From: a virus
Reading direction: 5' to 3' (one strand)
Length of the DNA stretch: 64,000 nucleotides
Virus record (IMG/VR): IMGVR_UViG_3300002461_000311
Span: 1 to 64,000 of that record
Part shown: positions 60,429 to 64,000 of the stretch, in pieces
Position numbering within the stretch: position 1 is the first letter of the stretch
How the letters are laid out: each line of letters starts with the position of its first letter
Program-made: the position numbers and the translations under genes
Notes under the pieces: model-generated
Seen by the model: only the letters and a program-made list of their open reading frames with translations
Databases searched by the model: none
What the model was told of the DNA's origin: nothing

Positions 60429-60596
60429 TTAGCGCCTGCGCGCCTCTTCCCTCGGCACGATGCTCAGCACGCGCAGGGGCTCGACGCGAGGTCTGATCGC
60501 GGAGCCGAATGCCGCAGCAATCGATTGAGAGATGATGGAGGGGCGCAGGTACGTCACCTCGACGGTGCGCGCTGAGAGTGCTGGGTGCATGGTCAT
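60429..60596 (-). CDS. 55-aa small ORF (not in track)
   Basis: ATGA overlap with the stop of 60593..62176. Confidence 0.3.
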   Translation of the reverse strand: MTMHPALSARTVEVTYLRPSIISQSIAAAFGSAIRPRVEPLRVLSIVPREEARRR

Positions 60597-62176
60597 GCCC
60601 TTATCAATGCCACCGGCCGCGGCGGCTCATAGGCGTACGCCCCGATGTCTGCCGGCACGCGCTGCGGCTGGCCGTTCATGTGGCGCACGCCTGGGATGAA
60701 TTGGCCGGCACCGATGAGGGGAGACCCCGGCAGAAGCCGACCGGATGCGTCGATAAGCGGAGCACCGCTCACTGTTCCGGTAGGCGTGATCGGCGAAGCC
60801 GCCGCTTGATATGTCTCTGCAAGCGCACGGAAGCCGTACTCGGCGTTGTTGGCGATCGTGCCGGTAGCCGCAGACCCAAGCTCGATCGCGGCGTTTGCAG
60901 GAGCGGACGGATGCTTCGTGAACAAGTTATTGCGCAGATCAACAGCAAAGTCCCGGTACGTCCACCAGCCGATACCACCCATTTGCACGGGGCCGCTAGG
61001 TGGTACAGGAGCGCCCGCGTTGATGATGGTGTTGTTGTAGGCTCGGTGATTAGTGGCTCCAGCGCCCGACCAGTCATCCAACTTCATCGCGGCAAAGCAG
61101 TTCAGGACCACATTGCCCATCCACGTCGAGCGCCGGCCGCTGTTGTCCTCAAACGCGCAATGCGAGTCGGTCACCAGGTTGCCAGCGATGACCGCTCTGT
61201 CCGATCCAATTTCCGTGTATATCGCGCACCCATCCTGCTGGTGGTGGATGGTGCCGTACCTTGCCCCACGATGCCGGTTACCCGTTACCAGCGTCCACGC
61301 CTGGCGAGTCTGCAGGTACACCTGGCCTTGCGGGTATCCTCGATTGCCGCCGCTGAAATCGTTGTTGCGAATGGTGAGCGAGCCGAGCAGCACGTTAGAT
61401 GCGTTGTACGTGGCAATGTGCGAGCTTTGGCTTTCGTTGAACTTGCTGTCATACACTTCGATCGTGCAGTTGGAGCCGGTGTCCGGGTAGAACGACAGCG
61501 CCACAGTTGCATCATCTGCCTCGATGTCCCGGAATATCAGAGTTCGAGGAAGGTCCGACGTGTAGTAGTTGGCGAGCCCAGCGCCGTCGCAGATATGGAG
61601 CTTCTCGACGATGAGGAAGCGCGCATAGCCGTTGCACGCGAAAGTCTTTGACGAGTGACCGAACTCGACTGAGCCGTAGTAGTGAACCGGGTTGATGCCT
61701 GGGGGCGAGTAGATGTAAAGCCTTGTGCCTGACTCCAGCCACGTGCGGTCTATCTTTAGGTCCTTCATGGTCGAAAGCGCAGCCTCCATGCGCAGACCGT
61801 CCATACCGCCCAGGCGCACAAAGCAATGCCAGTTCAGCGCTGCTGCGGACATACCCACGGCATCGAAGTACCAGCCGTCAGCATCGGATGCGAAATCGCC
61901 CGCGACAAGAGTGCGGCGCAGCGAGATGCGCGGCTTGTAGAGCGAAGCCCCCGCAGGGTCGTAGCTGGTGATCAGCACTGGCGCTGCCCTGGTGCCCGCA
62001 GTGTTGTACGCCATCGACACGCGGTTCGTGGGGCGGAACCACGAATCGCTCGCCAGGGCTATGACGTCGCCTGAAACGGGCGTGAATGACCCAAGGCGCG
62101 ACAAGTTCTGCCAGGGCGCAGTGATGCCATCGTTGGCGTCATTGCCCCGGTTGGCGTCGATCTTGTAGACAGGCAT
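60593..62176 (-). CDS. right-handed beta-helix (pectate-lyase-fold) tailspike/depolymerase-like protein 1
   Basis: NN-rich beta-helix repeats (IRNNDFSG, AGNLV, MGNVV, YNNTI). Conserved C-terminus PGSPLIGAG..IPGVRHMNG....PADIGAYAY. Confidence 0.75.
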   Translation of the reverse strand: MPVYKIDANRGNDANDGITAPWQNLSRLGSFTPVSGDVIALASDSWFRPTNRVSMAYNTAGTRAAPVLITSYDPAGASLYKPRISLRRTLVAGDFASDADGWYFDAVGMSAAALNWHCFVRLGGMDGLRMEAALSTMKDLKIDRTWLESGTRLYIYSPPGINPVHYYGSVEFGHSSKTFACNGYARFLIVEKLHICDGAGLANYYTSDLPRTLIFRDIEADDATVALSFYPDTGSNCTIEVYDSKFNESQSSHIATYNASNVLLGSLTIRNNDFSGGNRGYPQGQVYLQTRQAWTLVTGNRHRGARYGTIHHQQDGCAIYTEIGSDRAVIAGNLVTDSHCAFEDNSGRRSTWMGNVVLNCFAAMKLDDWSGAGATNHRAYNNTIINAGAPVPPSGPVQMGGIGWWTYRDFAVDLRNNLFTKHPSAPANAAIELGSAATGTIANNAEYGFRALAETYQAAASPITPTGTVSGAPLIDASGRLLPGSPLIGAGQFIPGVRHMNGQPQRVPADIGAYAYEPPRPVALIRA

Positions 62177-63771
62177 TACGCAACCCTCCGAACCCGCGGC
62201 GCAGGGTGATACCGATACGCCCCGATGTCGGCGTACGGCCGCAGACGACGGCCACCCATGTGGACGGCATCGGCGATGTGGATGCCCGCAGCAATGCAGG
62301 GGGAGCCTGGGCGAAGGCGGAAGTCTGGCGTCAGCATTGCGTCAGTGCCGACGATGCTGTTTGCGCCCTGCGAGATCCCGACATAGGGGGTCGTCGACCC
62401 GAATATGCCGCTGTAGTTCTCGTCCATCCCAGGGTTCGATCCAATGGAGTACCCGATCGGGCAGTCGACGAGCAGGTTGTTGCGGCAGATCTGGGTTCCT
62501 GCCATGACGATGCTGCCGATCTTCGTGATCCCGATCTCGCACCGCACGAGCGTGTTGTTGATGAGCCTGTTCCCGGTCTCAATAGCGCTGCCGTAGCTGG
62601 CGCCTCGGTAGCAGTCGACCGCCAGATTGCCCATGAAGGTCGCATTGGTGGCCTCCCAGAAAGAGAGCGCCGTGCCGCTGTTGGTGATCCCCGTCGACAC
62701 CAGATCGCTGATCCGGTTGCCCCACGCAGCACCGCCAATGGTCAGGTTGTCGAGGAAGATGCCGTTGCCGTCGATCGGGAAGCCGCCTTGGTACGAGGCC
62801 AGCGGCGTGCCGCTGCGCACGCCCTTGATGTCGTTGTCCCAGATCAACGGGTAGATGTTCTTCGCCGTCTGGATGCCGGCGCCCTGGACGAGCACGTCTT
62901 CGACCCGATTTTTGTAGCACTTCGGCCCACGGAAGCCGCTGAAGCTGATGCCGCCCGGCAGGCCGAACGAGCCACCAGGGCGCGTGCCGTTGCGCCTGGA
63001 CGTGTTGCGACGAATGGTGAGCGCGGACGAGTAGACCACCGGATGCAGCGCCGGATCGATGCTGCCCATGCGCACCCAGATCCCGCCGCCACAGCCCTCC
63101 ACGAGGTTGTCCTCAATGACGAGGCCATCAAACACAGCCGTGTCCCACGCCGCCGTTTCCACGGTGATTCGTAGGCCCGAGTCCGGCGTGCCGATGATGC
63201 GGTTGCGCCGAATGAACCAGTTCTGCGGCGTGGCTCCGACCCCAGAGATCAGGTACGCGATGCCGCGACCGCTGCTGCCAGGCGTCCCGCCGATGCTATG
63301 GATGTAGTTGTCTTCGATGTAGACGCCGCTGAACGAAAAGCCGCCGCCGAACGCAAGCGCCGACGTGACGCCGGCCCCAGTTACTTCGCACCGACGCACT
63401 GCCTGATGCGTGGGCGCCTCAAAGACCAGCGCAGAGCCGGCCGCGCCCGTCCTGCGGACTAGCAGGTCGTGGAACTCGGTGTAGTTGCGGGCGCAGTAGA
63501 AGAACGCTCCATCCAGGTCGACGCCGCCTCGCGCATACTCGCTCGCCCCAGAGATGATGACAGGAGCAGCGGCCGATGACGCGCCGTGCGCCCCGACGTT
63601 GAAGCTGCCTCCCGATCTGGGGAACATGCCGTGCAAGACGAGCGTATCCCCGCCGACGACGCCCGCGCCGCCCCACACGATCGAGGTCCAGCCCTGCCAT
63701 GCGTTAGCATAGGTGGTCCCGTTGTTGGAGCCGCCGTGCGATGCGTCAGGACGTGCGTGCCAGATTGCCAT
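62176..63771 (-). CDS. beta-helix tailspike/depolymerase-like protein 2
   Basis: Same repeat type and C-terminal motif (PGSPCIAAG..IADAVHMGG....YADIGAYRY); TAATG coupling at both ends. Confidence 0.75.
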   Translation of the reverse strand: MAIWHARPDASHGGSNNGTTYANAWQGWTSIVWGGAGVVGGDTLVLHGMFPRSGGSFNVGAHGASSAAAPVIISGASEYARGGVDLDGAFFYCARNYTEFHDLLVRRTGAAGSALVFEAPTHQAVRRCEVTGAGVTSALAFGGGFSFSGVYIEDNYIHSIGGTPGSSGRGIAYLISGVGATPQNWFIRRNRIIGTPDSGLRITVETAAWDTAVFDGLVIEDNLVEGCGGGIWVRMGSIDPALHPVVYSSALTIRRNTSRRNGTRPGGSFGLPGGISFSGFRGPKCYKNRVEDVLVQGAGIQTAKNIYPLIWDNDIKGVRSGTPLASYQGGFPIDGNGIFLDNLTIGGAAWGNRISDLVSTGITNSGTALSFWEATNATFMGNLAVDCYRGASYGSAIETGNRLINNTLVRCEIGITKIGSIVMAGTQICRNNLLVDCPIGYSIGSNPGMDENYSGIFGSTTPYVGISQGANSIVGTDAMLTPDFRLRPGSPCIAAGIHIADAVHMGGRRLRPYADIGAYRYHPAPRVRRVA

Positions 63772-64000
63772 TATCCCGCCACCTCCCGAGGCTCGACGTA
63801 CCCAAAGGCCCCGATGTCAGCAGGCATCCGCATGGGCATGCCACCCATGTGACGGACGCCTGGGATGTAGACGCCCGCGCCACGGCAAGGGGAGTCGGGG
63901 AGAAGGCGGTAGGCGCTAGTCAAGCGCGGATCGGCGGGAATGGTCTCGGTGACAGCCGGAGAAACTGCCGCGCCGTTATAGGCCGCAGCCGCAGTGCCGA
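63771..64000 (-). CDS. 3' end of beta-helix tailspike-like protein 3 (5' end beyond the window)
   Basis: Hand translation ends ...PDSPCRGAGVYIPGVRHMGGMPMRMPADIGAFGYVEPREVAG*, the same C-terminal motif. Confidence 0.6.
   Translation of the reverse strand, partial: GTAAAAYNGAAVSPAVTETIPADPRLTSAYRLLPDSPCRGAGVYIPGVRHMGGMPMRMPADIGAFGYVEPREVAG

Larger units (their letters stand above)
1..64000. mobile_element. Temperate tailed-phage / prophage genome segment (lambdoid regulation, podovirus-like virion module)
   Basis: Contiguous phage modules: terminase, portal, capsid, lysis, cI/cro, O/P, int/xis. No recognisable host housekeeping genes. Confidence 0.9.

Noticed and set aside
60393-60575. 60-aa plus-strand ORF between the tailspike and scaffold genes
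   Set aside because: It is Arg-rich, on the opposite strand to all neighbours and has no RBS. The minus-strand 55-aa coupled ORF is the better, though still weak, candidate.
1-64000. Diversity-generating retroelement (reverse transcriptase plus TR/VR), toxin-antitoxin pairs, restriction-modification genes or CRISPR-Cas
   Set aside because: I looked for reverse-transcriptase YxDD, methyltransferase (DPPY/FxGxG) and Cas-like motifs and for long near-identical repeat pairs near the fibre genes. None was seen.

Overview
High-GC (~65%) window that reads as one almost complete temperate tailed-phage or prophage genome; I see no clear host flank. All annotation is by eye: motifs, operon logic and hand-counted codon bias, with no searches run. 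There are four transcription blocks. (1) 1-10749 (-) is a late block: terminase small and large subunits, portal, small structural genes, two tandem paralogs, a repeat-rich fibre-like protein, and the first codons of a beta-helix gene. (2) 10982-17825 (+) is a translationally coupled operon with a PP-loop/PAPS-reductase-like protein, a MoxR-type AAA+ ATPase, a vWA/zincin protein and an Rmf/CrpP-like protein. (3) 17820-21598 (-) and 21710-35753 (+) form a lambdoid early region. It holds cro-like and cI-like (S24) regulators with mirrored operator/promoter sets, O-like and P-like replication genes with in-gene iterons, and a Q-like zinc-finger protein. It also holds a recombination module, SSB, MazG, lambda-type Xis/Int and a lower-GC cargo region. 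(4) 35659-64000 (-) carries a lysis cassette, a 10.8-kb giant ORF, tail genes, an N4-type major capsid, a scaffold and at least three tandem beta-helix tailspike-like genes. The overall architecture reminds me of Bcep22-like Burkholderia podophages, but that is unverified recollection. The most unusual observation concerns the giant ORF. Between 40.8 and 44.3 kb its coding signal repeatedly moves into the +1 frame, yet frame 0 stays open throughout. The +1-frame segments include a homing-endonuclease-like gene bounded by an imperfect direct repeat, and a 99-codon segment followed by an 11-bp-stem hairpin. Other items worth a second look are twin (GGCNN)~13 pentamer-periodic tracts, an attP-like palindrome cluster, and the inverted PAPS-reductase/MoxR/vWA operon lying between the Q-like gene and the late genes.
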